DNA from: Adineta vaga
Lineage: Eukaryota; Animalia; Rotifera
Direction of reading: 5' to 3'
Assembly (NCBI GenBank): GCA_021613535.1
Contig: CP075497.1
Location: forward strand, 8,122,001 to 8,186,000
Length of the DNA stretch: 64,000 bases
The notes beneath the pieces are model-generated. The model had not been told where the DNA came from and searched no databases. It worked only from the letters and a program-made list of their open reading frames with translations. A program made the position numbers and the translations under genes. Shown here one piece after another: positions 41,964 through 53,750 of this stretch (position 1 is the stretch's first letter; the number at the start of each line of letters is the position of its first letter).

Positions 41964-42910
41964 TTAACATGGTTGCTGAGTTCCATTTGGAATATTTTGG
42001 TGACAAAATCTCGTATAATTTGCCTTCTCTTCCTGGGAAATTTCTACAGCTTGTGTATCGAAGCATACGTCACTTTTATTATTAATATTATGTAAATTCA
42101 ATTCCATACGAATCATATGACCATTTTTATATTGTGGTTCATGTGGATCTGGATAACCATTAGGTATAAATTGATTGCATAGAAAACCACATCGATTATA
42201 TAATTTCTGTGCACGACAGTTTTCGTAGTTAGCGTGTAATTGAACATAACGTGTAACAGATTTGCTCACTTTAATCTTGATGAATGAAATAAAAAAAAAA
42301 CAAATTTTGATTTCGCTCTTTAAAAATGAATTTACCACATGATTTATAAATTGATTGAGAAGAATGGATGCTAATCGATTTTGACGATCTTCAGGTAACA
42401 CACTGATAAAACATATATATGGATATGGTAGTTTTGGTGATGGATACTTCATTGTTCCAAATATCATAGCACGCCAATTTTCTGGATGATCAATAAATGT
42501 TAGTGCATACATAATTGGACATTTTGGAATATATGGTTCATAATTTGATTTATTGAACAATGATCGACGTAAGAAATTAGCTAAAAGTTTATATTGGTGT
42601 TCAGGATTTCTTTTTGTTAAGATATTCAATTGATATAATTCATAACGATCACGATATATATTCTTATTTACACGAGTATAATGAATATGTGTTGGATTAT
42701 CTAAAGATAAATTCATCTATGAATGATGATTTTCTTTGGTAAAAGATTCCGAAAATAAATACTTTTTTCTGATAGATTTTTAACCAATAATATTGCTGTA
42801 AGAATAACAATAATTGAAACGACTATTATGATACCGAGTGTCTTAAATATACATCGATTTCTAGATGAATTCTTTCGTTGAGCTTCTACTAAGTCTAATG
42901 GATAATTCAT
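41964..42910 (-). CDS. GNAT acetyltransferase with N-terminal transmembrane anchor
   Basis: TM LGIIIVVSIIVILTAILLV joined in frame through a 62-nt intron (42701-42762) to a domain with YICFISVLPEDRQNRLASILL (motif A) and LHANYENCRAQKLYNRCGF. Confidence 0.75.
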
Positions 42911-43205
42911 ACAAACTTATAGATGATAATTGAACTGAATTGGTTTGGTTTGAAATGTTTTCGCGCAATAGAATAGTTATAAAAAATATAAGATTCGTAG
43001 ACAAAAATAATAAGACGGAATGAAAATTTGATGATTTTTATTTTGTATTGTTCGTGAATAAATTAAAGATGAAATTTTATTTTACTACAAAAAGAAAACG
43101 AATAAGAATGAACCATATCAAGAAATGAAATTAATAATCTGACTGAAATAGTTCAAAAAGAAAAGAATGAATGTTTTAATTGAAGTTTGTGTTAAATGAT
43201 TTTAT

Positions 43206-44677
43206 CTAGTAGACGAGTTGTTGTGCCAATGGATTAAACATTGGTTGTTGACTCGGATAACTATGGGTTGGTGTACCAAGAGTATTACCAGAACCTACCA
43301 TTGGCATGCCACTTGGAATCATTCTACCTTGTTGCATCATTGGACGATATCCATATGACATTCCTTGATGTGCTGGATACATATATGTTTGAGGAACATA
43401 ATTTGTTGGTAATGGTGGAATTGATTGAGGAGCGGTTAATTGTTGCATTGATGATTGCATTTGCACAGGTCGATACATAACTTGTTGTTGAGCAGGTTGT
43501 TGTTGCATCATTCCCATCGATTGTACAGGTTGTTGCTGCATCATTCCCATCGATTGTACAGGTTGTTGCTGCATCATTCCCATCGATTGTACAGGTTGTT
43601 GCTGCATCATTCCCATCGATTGAACGGGCTGTTGTTGCATCATTCCCATCGATTGTACAGGTTGTTGCTGCATCATTCCCATTGATTGAACGGGTTGTTG
43701 TTGCATGACACCCATGGCTTGCATTTGTTGTGGTTGTAAAACACCCATGGATTGCATCTGTTGCGACGATGGCATCATCATCATTGTTGTTTGTGGCATA
43801 GGTGCTCCCATTGGTACTGGTTGAGCATATTCAAAACTTGATCCTGATGAAAAACTTGGATCATTATCCATATTACCATGATATGCAATGGGTCGTCCGA
43901 TTGAACCTGCAATAGAATGATTTCGATAAGGATTACCACTTGCCATTACACCATTTGAAAATGAAGGTAATCCATTGCATTGATTACTAAATGGTGAACC
44001 AGGTTGACTATAACCACTTCGAAGTGGTCGATCGACTTTAATAACTCTAATAAAAATAAATATCTACATAGTTGTTTTATTAAAACAAAAGAAAAAACCT
44101 TGTTCGAACAATTGGTGGTGGTGCTTCTTCTTGCATTTCTTTTTGAATAATACGCGGTGGTGGTGTACGTGGTTGTTCAATAACACGTTCAACAATTTCC
44201 TGAGCTTGTGGTCGAATAATAACCTAATGAATATAAACGATATTCAAATGATAATGTTTCTTTTCTAGATTGAAAATTTCATACTCGTTCCATAACAGGT
44301 GCTTCTGGTGTTGGAGCACGTTCGACGACTCGTTTAATAATTGGTGGTGGAGTTGGTGCACGAACAACATCACGTGGACATCGTCTTTCTCGTGTTATCA
44401 TTCGACCACGATATTCATATTCATCACCACTTTCACTATCGGATGAAAATGATCCCGGTGAATATGACCTAAGAAGAGAATGTATTTTTGTAAGAAAAAC
44501 AAAAGATCCATATTCAAAAGTATCGACGTATTACCGTCGTTGATAATTAGCATACATATTCGTTGGAATACCAGTTGTATATCCGTTTAACATTGATGGA
44601 TCAACACCATAACCATTTGTAGGAGGTGCTGCAGAAACGGCTGGTGCTCCATTGGGATAGACATAACGATAGGACAT
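43206..44677 (-). CDS. Pro/Gln/Met-rich protein with V/I-E-R-P 'RAPTPPP/IVERVIEQP' segments and QQQPVQSMGMM repeats
   Basis: Four exons joined by GT-AG introns starting MSYRYVYPNG; last exon contains ORF 43206-43946. Confidence 0.7.
43493..43720 (-). repeat. Coding 33-bp tandem repeat (~6.5 copies) encoding QQQPVQSMGMM
   Basis: caggttgttgctgcatcattcccatcgattgta repeated near-identically. Confidence 0.95.
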
Positions 44678-44764
44678 CTCTTTTTCTCTATATGCACTTA
44701 AACAAAGTAATGTGTTTGTATTAACGTGAAACGAATGTTGTTGAACAGATCAGTACTTTCATTT

Positions 44765-44890
44765 GTCGACCGTCTCCGTTTCGCTTCAGTTCACTGCGTA
44801 CATATATACGTACAGATAACGATCATTTATGTGAAGAGAGAAAGAATGTGGTCAAAATAGAGGGAAATATCGCGAAGACGAGACGGTGAC
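44765..44890. repeat. GC-rich imperfect inverted repeat (~20-bp arms)
   Basis: GTCGACCGTCTCCGTTTCGC (44765-44784) versus GCGAAGACGAGACGGTGAC (44872-44890). Confidence 0.6.
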
Positions 44891-45387
44891 CTCCTCATCA
44901 TTTTGTTTTATACTTTACATACCATCACGATACAAGGTGAACACATGATTATATTTATTCATCGATAAATCAAAAACAAGAAAGAAAGCAATATTGAACC
45001 ATTTAATATCTTTCTTTCATTATCTTTTGTCTCCTACACTTTTTTGATAAGCCTTTCAAAATTGATACGTTTCATGATTGTTATAAAATATTCATTAATA
45101 TTTTGACATTATATAAAATAGAAAACAAAAAGGAGGTTGATTAGCCATTATGATAGAATATCATTATCTATCCTACGCTTTTTGTTTCTTTAATCAAAAT
45201 AAAAGAAATAATTCTTTTTTAAGACATAAAATTCGAGATGACATTCCATCTGATGGTTTCACAGTTTTTTTATTCATATTATCCATTATACAGAATATTC
45301 AAAGTTCTAGACATGTTTACAGATGTTATTTCGTATTTAACATGAAAAATAAACTGTGTATGTGATCATATGTTAGGAGTCTAGTTT

Positions 45388-45702
45388 TTATTCGAGACTT
45401 CGTTTACCCAAGCCTGATGCAAATTTAACTGATGCTAATCGTTTACCCAATCCTGACGCGAATTTTGCAGCTGCCAAACGTTTGCCAAGACCACTGGCAA
45501 ATTTCGCTGATACTAATCGTTTGCCAAGTCCACTGGCGAATTTTGCTGTAGCCAAACGTTTCGCTACATCAAAGTCTTCACTACTTACATCATCCAATTG
45601 TTCATCACTGTATAGAAATGATGTTGATTCTACAACAGTATTGAAATGAAAAAGAACTAGAATAGCAAGTACACCAGCAATAAGAAGGAATTGTGTCTGC
45701 AT
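45388..45702 (-). CDS. Neuropeptide precursor with four L-x-x-(A/V)KFASGL-amide peptides (buccalin/allatostatin-A-like)
   Basis: Signal peptide MQTQFLLIAGVLAILVLF.., acidic spacer, KR site then four 13-codon units ending GL-GKR (amidation Gly + dibasic site). Confidence 0.88.
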   Translation of the reverse strand: MQTQFLLIAGVLAILVLFHFNTVVESTSFLYSDEQLDDVSSEDFDVAKRLATAKFASGLGKRLVSAKFASGLGKRLAAAKFASGLGKRLASVKFASGLGKRSLE

Positions 45703-48294
45703 AGTTGTCCAAAATAAATTATAGGATAATATAGATGTTGATAATAAACTGCTTAACAAAAACTGAAATAAAAGAAAAACAACAAGTTTCAATTACAAAT
45801 CATCTCACAAACTTTATAGCATTCAATCAATCACTTAGTAAAACAAAAGTAAGATATAAATTTCGTCAATAAAAATTCACAGAAATTCTCTAGAGAGATA
45901 ATATAGACATCGTCTAGTGAAGCATATTTATGTTATGAATTTTTGGGAATGTGTGTATGTCAGTAATAACGATGCATGAATAACACGTATTCAACACAAA
46001 TTTCTTTTTTTTTCTAGAACTACAATATATGTCAGCTTCCGCAAAGATAAACAACTCGACATATTCGCTTTTCTTTTATTCTTCCTTTATCCTTGCTTAT
46101 TCTTTTATTTCTACTCGTATTATAATGAAAAGCAACACAATAACAATAATAACTATGGGCTAGCAAGTGAATTGAATATGAACGTCTCAACAACCAACAC
46201 TAATTCTAGTTTGTTTGCATTCATCCGTTCGTTTCCTTTAAGCTCTCTATGTTCATTAGAATTAATCGAAGACATTTTCAAACAAATGTAAACATCATTA
46301 ATTGTTTTCAAGGCCAGTTGATACCTCAAATAATTGTATAAATTTTTTTAATGAAAGATTTACACATAGAGAAAAGAAAATTTTCCAAACGATGAATGAA
46401 AGAATGTACTGAAGTAGTACAAAAGAATAATATAAAAATGTCGAAGGATCTCTTCATGAAAAGATTAGTATCTATACAAAATAATGAATTTGATCAATCA
46501 AAATCTTATCATCTGATTATCTAGAGAATACAAATGATATTTAGTACATTTCGAAACTTACTATTAATTAATCTGATATGTTACTTTAGTACAAATTTAC
46601 GTTAGAGATGTATAAATAGTAACGTATAACCTACCTGTTCTCTTCGAATTTAAAATACCAAAACTGAACTTCTTTTCGTGTTGAAATTATCAGAAAGAAT
46701 CGGATACAATTGTTCACACACTCTTTTCCTATATAAATAAAACTTGAAATGAACTGAGAAGAAGAAAAGGAGGAAAAAAACCGTCGAGTCTCTTATTTTT
46801 CTTTCTATTTACTCTAGTTTGACTTTACTATGCCATCATCGGTGATAGATAAAAGAATCGATGTAAAATTTTCCTCTCATCTCTTTCGATTATTCTATGT
46901 AAAATCTAATCAAAAATTAGAATATGCAATACACATGTCAAAAGAATATCTCCTCTGGCTTTTGTTCGTCTGATCTATTGCATAAAATATTGATCGTATA
47001 GAAGCGTGCAGAAAAAAAAGGAAATTAAAGACAATAATTATATTCTTCTCCTGCTTTTTGCTGATGATTTTCTGCTTATATGTTATATTCAATCTGAATA
47101 ATACATTGGAGAGCTGAAATTTATCTATTTCAATCAAATCTCTACATCTCTTTGTTTTTCTCAAATGATGTGATATCTAATTAGCTAAATTATATTCTTC
47201 TGCATGAATAATATTTGCTGTAAAAAAAGAGAAAAATTATAATCAGACGACGATTGGTTTTTTCTCTCTTTGGAATATTTTCTTCCTGATATAGAAATAA
47301 TTGATAAACAATGAAACGGGATTGAATTTTGAAGAAAAAAAAAGAACAAGTTCATAAAGTGGAAGATAGATATGATTTTGTAAAAGGGAATAACTATTAC
47401 TTCAGCAAATCGGAGCAGCTGTCAACTGATAATGGTTAAGTGAATAATCGAGACTTTTTCGGTATACATCATACAATGAAGGTTTAATTATTGACTTTAC
47501 TTAGTACTTTTCAATTTTCTTGTCATCATCAACTGACTTAGATGTGAGAAACGGATGATTTCATTCGGTTCTTAGTACCCATGAAGAAATATAAACATCT
47601 AACTATAACTTGTGATGAATATTGTTCGAAATATTTGTTTGTTTTCCTATTTAGATTAACACTCGCAAAAATATTAAATAATATTTTTCTTCGTCCTTTG
47701 CTCACAAATGTAAACAGACGAACTTTCTGTTCAAAATCATTTTACTCATGGAGATATCTGATGTAATGTTGAACCTCAATCTTTACTTAGAGGATGAATA
47801 GAATAAAACTAAATAGTATTATCCAGATTGATCGAGCTTATCAATGATTACAAATCTACTCAATGTTTACTTTCGGATATCTAAGAGGTTTCATTGGAAC
47901 TGTATTATTATGATAAAGACATACAGGATTTTGAAGAAAATGGACATGATCATTCAATGAATAATCAAATTGTTCTGTCGCTTAGTCAAACAATTAACTA
48001 AAATTACGTTATTTGATTTGGATTGTATATGTATTTTTTCGGATATATAATAGTTGACATTTCTATATAATCAATAAATATATTTACAACTGATTATTAA
48101 GTTGTCAATCATTTTATGAAAGAAAAATAACCGTTAAAGAACAGCGAAAAAGAAAATCTCAACAAATTTTTCGTTTTTTTTCTACTTATAAAATCAATTA
48201 TGTCAAAAGTATTGAATTTTTCCTTTTCATTCAAAGAAAGTCAATCGACAATTGAATAAACATACGTATTTTTCTTCTTCTTCTTCTTTTCGTT

Positions 48295-48654
48295 ATGAAT
48301 TTCAATCCTGATACAAAACATGACCATCTACTTCCATCATATACGGATACTCAAATACATGATATTCTTGTTCTGATTGGATTTCTTACCGTATGTGTAA
48401 TATTATTTATTTTAATCATACAATTTTTTATCAAAGTACGAGAACTTTATCGTCAAAGTGAACCAAAAATATCATATGGAAAACTCGTCAATAAAACTAA
48501 TCAACAATGTCGATGTCTTCCAACATTTCAATGTATAAAACCAACTTATCAGATATCAGATTCATCTCCATATTATGAACAAGTCAATAATTCAGTTTAT
48601 CGGATTATTAACTCTCGAACTTCTTCTTCGTGTATTCGTGTACATATTATTTAA
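48295..48654 (+). CDS. Small single-pass membrane protein, unknown function
   Basis: 119 aa with one hydrophobic stretch ILVLIGFLTVCVILFILIIQFFI followed by a basic, Tyr-containing tail. Confidence 0.55.
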   Translation: MNFNPDTKHDHLLPSYTDTQIHDILVLIGFLTVCVILFILIIQFFIKVRELYRQSEPKISYGKLVNKTNQQCRCLPTFQCIKPTYQISDSSPYYEQVNNSVYRIINSRTSSSCIRVHII

Positions 48655-48943
48655 TAAAATTTTGTTTTCACTCTGTTATTATATGCATGAATAATAAAGA
48701 AAGAAAATGAGTTTATCTCGAGATTTGATTTGTATTCTTGAATACAATTGAAAAACTGATGATTCGATTAGCTAATGATAAAATACAAATGAGAATCTTA
48801 CTTTTTGTTTTTTTTATTTATTTAATAGATTCAATGACATGTAGAATAATCTCATCATGATTTCATTTGACAGAGTATCATAGTAATAAAGTCATTGAAT
48901 AGAAAAAGAAACTTTTGTTTTGATAGTATTGTTCTTTCTTGAT

Positions 48944-49231
48944 CTAATGTTTGTTTTCGACTTCAGATTGACTATGTGCAGCATCAGCCATATCAGTGTC
49001 GGTTAATGCCGATCGTTTCCAAAATTTTCGTTGTGACATACGTTTCCAAAATCGTGATTTTGCTGCTCGTGCACTGAGAATATGAGCGGGATAATAATTA
49101 TCAAAATCTTCCCAATCAATATTTTCAACAGCTGCATTACCATCGTTATCTGGTGACGAACTCGATGAAAGAGTAATGCCAATGAAAGCAATAAATAAAA
49201 ATAAAATTGTATTGATTAATGTCGTACGCAT
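48944..49231 (-). CDS. Putative neuropeptide precursor with two -FW peptides
   Basis: Signal peptide, acidic pro-region, R-AAKSRFW-KR-MSQRKFW-KR, acidic tail. Confidence 0.75.
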   Translation of the reverse strand: MRTTLINTILFLFIAFIGITLSSSSSPDNDGNAAVENIDWEDFDNYYPAHILSARAAKSRFWKRMSQRKFWKRSALTDTDMADAAHSQSEVENKH

Positions 49232-52128
49232 GATGACTAAAATATTGTATTATGGATTATGAAATTGAAGGAAATAAAAAAAACTTTGTTTTACCTAAGT
49301 TTTTGGAAGATTGAGATAGATGTATGAAAAGATAGATAATCGAATGTTGAATAAAAATAATAATGAAAAGAGAAGAGAAATAACTTCGATATTAATATCT
49401 CTCAATTTTCTCTTTTTACAGATATGGGAATTTCTATTTTTCTCGCTTCCTGTTCCTCTTTTTTTTTGTCTCTCCAATCACGTATGTTGAAAAATATCTT
49501 TTCTAGTTTTCACGGATGGAATACAAGATATATCCTTCTTGATAAATCTTCACCAAATGCAACTAAATATCTCATCAATTTTTCAGTGTAAATAAAAATT
49601 TTCAAAAATCAATCAAATTGATTTATATTTATCCAGTAAGACTTCATCATTTCAATTAAAGAATCTTACTCATCTATCGATAGATACAATCAATGTGCGC
49701 GAAAAGAGAAAGAGAATGAATAGGAAACATCGGTATTCATAGCATGTAAGTTTCATGCACAATCTCTATGTATATGTTAATGGCTATTATTGAAATGGAA
49801 TTAACAAGAGTAAAAATCGTGAAGGGTTACGGGTCTAAATCGGAAACTAAAGAGCATTAATTATTCGAGATCAAACAACATCAAAGTTAATATGAGATTT
49901 TTCCGGTTTTATCACTTGAGAGAAAGCAAAATTAGAGAACGTTTTTTGTTAAATAATCATTCAAATAGACTACGATTATTGGATATGGATTGCATTAATT
50001 TAATAAAGAAACAATGAAAATGAAAGTAACCTTTATTTATGACTCTGTGGTAATTGAAAAAAATGTCATGATGAACATGATCTTGTACTGCATATCAGTA
50101 TCAATTGATCTGAGCAATTTGAACAAACGTTTTGCCTTCGTAGTATGTTATTTTCACACGTTAAAGTGACTTTATTTACGTATAATTCTAAAGAAAGGTC
50201 GAGAAAATTATTATGCATATCTGTATTGCTGTTTGTTTCCTCATTGTTATTATCAGGCAAATGATGTGTCGTGCATTTAGTAATTTTATTCAAAATAACC
50301 GTAATTTGATGAAAAAATCTTATCTATGTCAACGGAAGATTACTCTATTTGACTTTTTTTTGTGTATATGCTCCTACGTGATGTAGACCAATGAACCGAA
50401 TGCATTGTGTAATTTACATTGCAATAAAATGACTTACATCTTGAGAAAGGAATATAATAGATTCTTCGATAAAATGTCTTGTGCATTTTGTTATTTTAAT
50501 TATCACTGTATGTTTTGGGTATTCACTTGTCATATTTTTGCACATCATTTATTAAAGATAATATTTATTTATAAGTCATATAGTTCATTATTACTAATCG
50601 ATAAGTTTGTTTTGATAAATCTAACTTTATTCATTGACTACCAATTCTAATATGAGAATGACGAAGATATATCAAAATAAAATTCAATCACTGTTTTTTC
50701 CTCATTACTCGACCTGGATTTCATCATCTATGATTTAACACAGAAATTCAACATGTAATGTTCTTATTACAACTCAATAATGACATTTAAGGTAAACTTC
50801 ACACATCAATTCGATCGGACATCATCTATTTTTTTTCGAATTTTTCATTCGATTTCAATAAAAAAAAGATATATATTATATTGTTCTTTGAATACTTTTG
50901 ACTAAACTAAATGAACATTTGATTATGTATGTATTAATATAGAAATCTGATTGTCTTCTTCCTTATACTAATGAGTTTTATAAATCTCTTTTGTTCGAGT
51001 GTTTTCAAAGAGAATGTTCAATAAAAATTGATTTCTTTTTCTTTCTTGTGCAATGATATGATTTGAAGGTTTTTTTGATTGACAATTGTTTCTCTGAACA
51101 CTCCCGGAAGGTAAAAATAGACATAATAATCATTTTATTCAATCATATGAAATTTACCACAAGATATAAAAGAAAACGACCTTCAACAAATGATTTCAAG
51201 TTGCTTTTTTTTCAGAAGAAAAAGTGCAAAAGTTCTTAACAATCATTTCCATTGGATTTCTTCAAAACAAATGAACAAATTAACTGTTGAGACATACAAA
51301 CTTCAAGTAAAAATTTAATTGACATCAATCAAATAATGTACTTAAAGGAAAAGAAAAAGAAAACTCCGATCGATCAAATAAATAAAAATATTCGAGAAGA
51401 TTTACTCAATTAATAATTCTATTGCATGTCAAAGAGAGAAAAGTTATTTGCAATTAATAATCATTCATTATTAGTAGAGAAATTAGTTAAATTGCTGTTT
51501 TGTTTTCAATACCTTGTTGAAATTTGTTCTAAAAAATGTCAAATAATTTCAATTTTATGTTATTATTATTAGTAATAGTAGTAGTAGTAGTAGTATCAGC
51601 AGTATTTCTCCATCTGTCTTTGTCTTCGAAAACTGAACAGTGTACTCCAGCAGTAATGAGCGCAGAGAGCAAATGCAAAAGAAACAAGAAAGAAAAAAAA
51701 AACGAGACAATGACAATGACGAAAAAAAAGGAGAAGAAAAGAATGAATAGCAAATAAAAATGGAAAGAAGAAGAAGAAAAAAATCTCACATTCACTCACA
51801 AATACACAAGTTTTTTATATTTATGATGATAGAACAATAAAGACTTTAGCTTATTTGAAAATTCGATCAAGATTTTTTTCTTATTGACTTTTTTCCTTAG
51901 TAAAGGAAAAAGAAAAGGTAAATCTCTTTCTTTTTCTCTCTCTCTCTCCTTTGCTTTCTCCTGCTATGTCTTATGCACATACACCGGGGTATCTGCTCGT
52001 AGCCTGATTATTTTCAAATTGAGAAAAAGAAAACTTGTGATGGAATTTAAAGAGAAAAAAAACTTGAGGAATGAATGATAAAATATCACAAGAAAGAGAA
52101 GGAGAGAGAGAGAAGAAAACAAATGAAA

Positions 52129-53750
52129 TTAAACAGCAAACATTTGAGGAACATATAAATCAGAATCATTCAAAGATGTCGATAGATCATCAAGACCCAC
52201 AAGTCCATTATTACCATTACCCCCATTTAGAGATAATGATGTATCTGTTGATGTTCCAGATGAATCATGATTACCATTTGGTGCATACATAGTTGCATAA
52301 AGACGACGCTAAATATCGAAAGAATATTTGATTTGAAAAGATAAAATTTTCTTTTACTTTTTTTGTTTCATTCTCCATTGTTTCGTACGGATCGGAATAC
52401 AAATCACAATGTAGATCATTATGATTCGGTATCAATCCACCAAGATTAACATTTGAATTGGAATTACCACCACCGGTTGCATATATATGATGTAAATCTA
52501 AATGTCCATGGTGTAAATGATGAAGTTCACTTTGTGGTAACGGTAATGGTTGAGCTAATGAATGATGTTGTTGTTGTTGCTGCTGCTGCTGTTGCTGTAA
52601 AAGACGATGATTAGCATTCATTTGTTGTTGTTGTTGCTGTGAAGGATCTATATAAGGTAATTCGATCAGTCCGTTTTTACCTTTATTCGTTGTTACTAAT
52701 GTACGTCGAACAATAGGTCGTAATTTATACAAAGGTGGTTCAGGTGTATTAGCTGAGATACATTTTGGACATAGCCATGTTTCAGGTATATCATCACTAA
52801 ATACACCTTCACTTGCAGACGTATCGGGATGAGCAGTCTATATAATAGAATTAGTTCAAAACTAGCAAAGAAGAAAGTCAAATGAAACATACATGAAAGC
52901 ATGGTAAATGATGTATTTCCATGCATCGTTCACATTCATATAGAACTTCTTCTGGTTTCAATTGTGATAATTTTCTTGAACCTTTCTTTTTTGAACATAC
53001 TTGACAAGATGCAGTCGAAGGTAATATAGGTGCAATACATTGTTTCGTTAAACAACATTGTTTCATTTTTCCAACACCACCAAATTTTGGCATATCTTTA
53101 CAATGTACACATTCAGAACAATCATCACGACAACATGGTTCACATTGTTTACATCTAATGGAGATAAAATACTATGAAAAAATAATAAATAAAGTAGAAC
53201 AAAAATTTTACCTAACACGTTTATGTCGATCTTTTGCAGTAGATGTTTTATCGATATTTGTTTGATAATGTTGTTGTGTAGGTGTTGGAGGTGATGTTGT
53301 TGTACTATATTGATTATTTCCATTTGTATGATGATAATTAATCACATAATGCTGTTGTTGCTGCTGCTGCTGCTGTTGTTGTTGTTGTGCAGCATAATAA
53401 TTTGCTAAATTCGATTGTGTTTGTTGTTGAGATGAATTTGAACTAGCTAATGGTCCGCTTAAAAGAATAGTCGCCGATGGATGTAGTGTAACAACATTTG
53501 TCGTTGTCTGTTGATGTTGTTGCATTGCTAATGTATCATATTGATGATGATGATGTGAAGAATGATGTGATGATTGTTGCTGAGCATGTGGATGATGATG
53601 GTGATGATGATGAAGATGTTGCTGCTGTTGTTGTTGTTGATGATGGAATGACGAATGATGCTGCTGTTGCATATCGTCACTACCCGTACTGCTCTTGCGT
53701 TTTATGCCTCGTAAAGTCTCCGTTATTGTTGTTCGCTCGTTCTGAAACAT
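52129..53750 (-). CDS. CXXC zinc finger + PHD protein (KDM2/FBXL19-type module, no JmjC or F-box)
   Basis: [74 protein letters not shown]; polyQ/H flanks; four exons ending YVPQMFAV-TAA. Confidence 0.85.

Noticed and set aside
42701-42762. Overlapping stop/start (ATGA) of ORFs 42713-42910 and 41964-42716, resembling bacterial translational coupling
   Set aside because: The overlap lies inside a 62-nt intron whose removal fuses the two ORFs
43493-43720. Regular ~33-bp repeats as a possible CRISPR array
   Set aside because: Head-to-tail with no unique spacers; an in-frame coding repeat in a eukaryotic gene
50763-50774. CTTATTACAACT resembles part of the bdelloid spliced-leader sequence as I recall it
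   Set aside because: Only 12 AT-rich nt; no following GT donor or clear Sm site; compatible with chance
52215-52226. Suspected frameshift in the last exon of the CXXC-PHD gene
   Set aside because: Recounting gives five G on the coding strand, which keeps LNGGNGNN in frame
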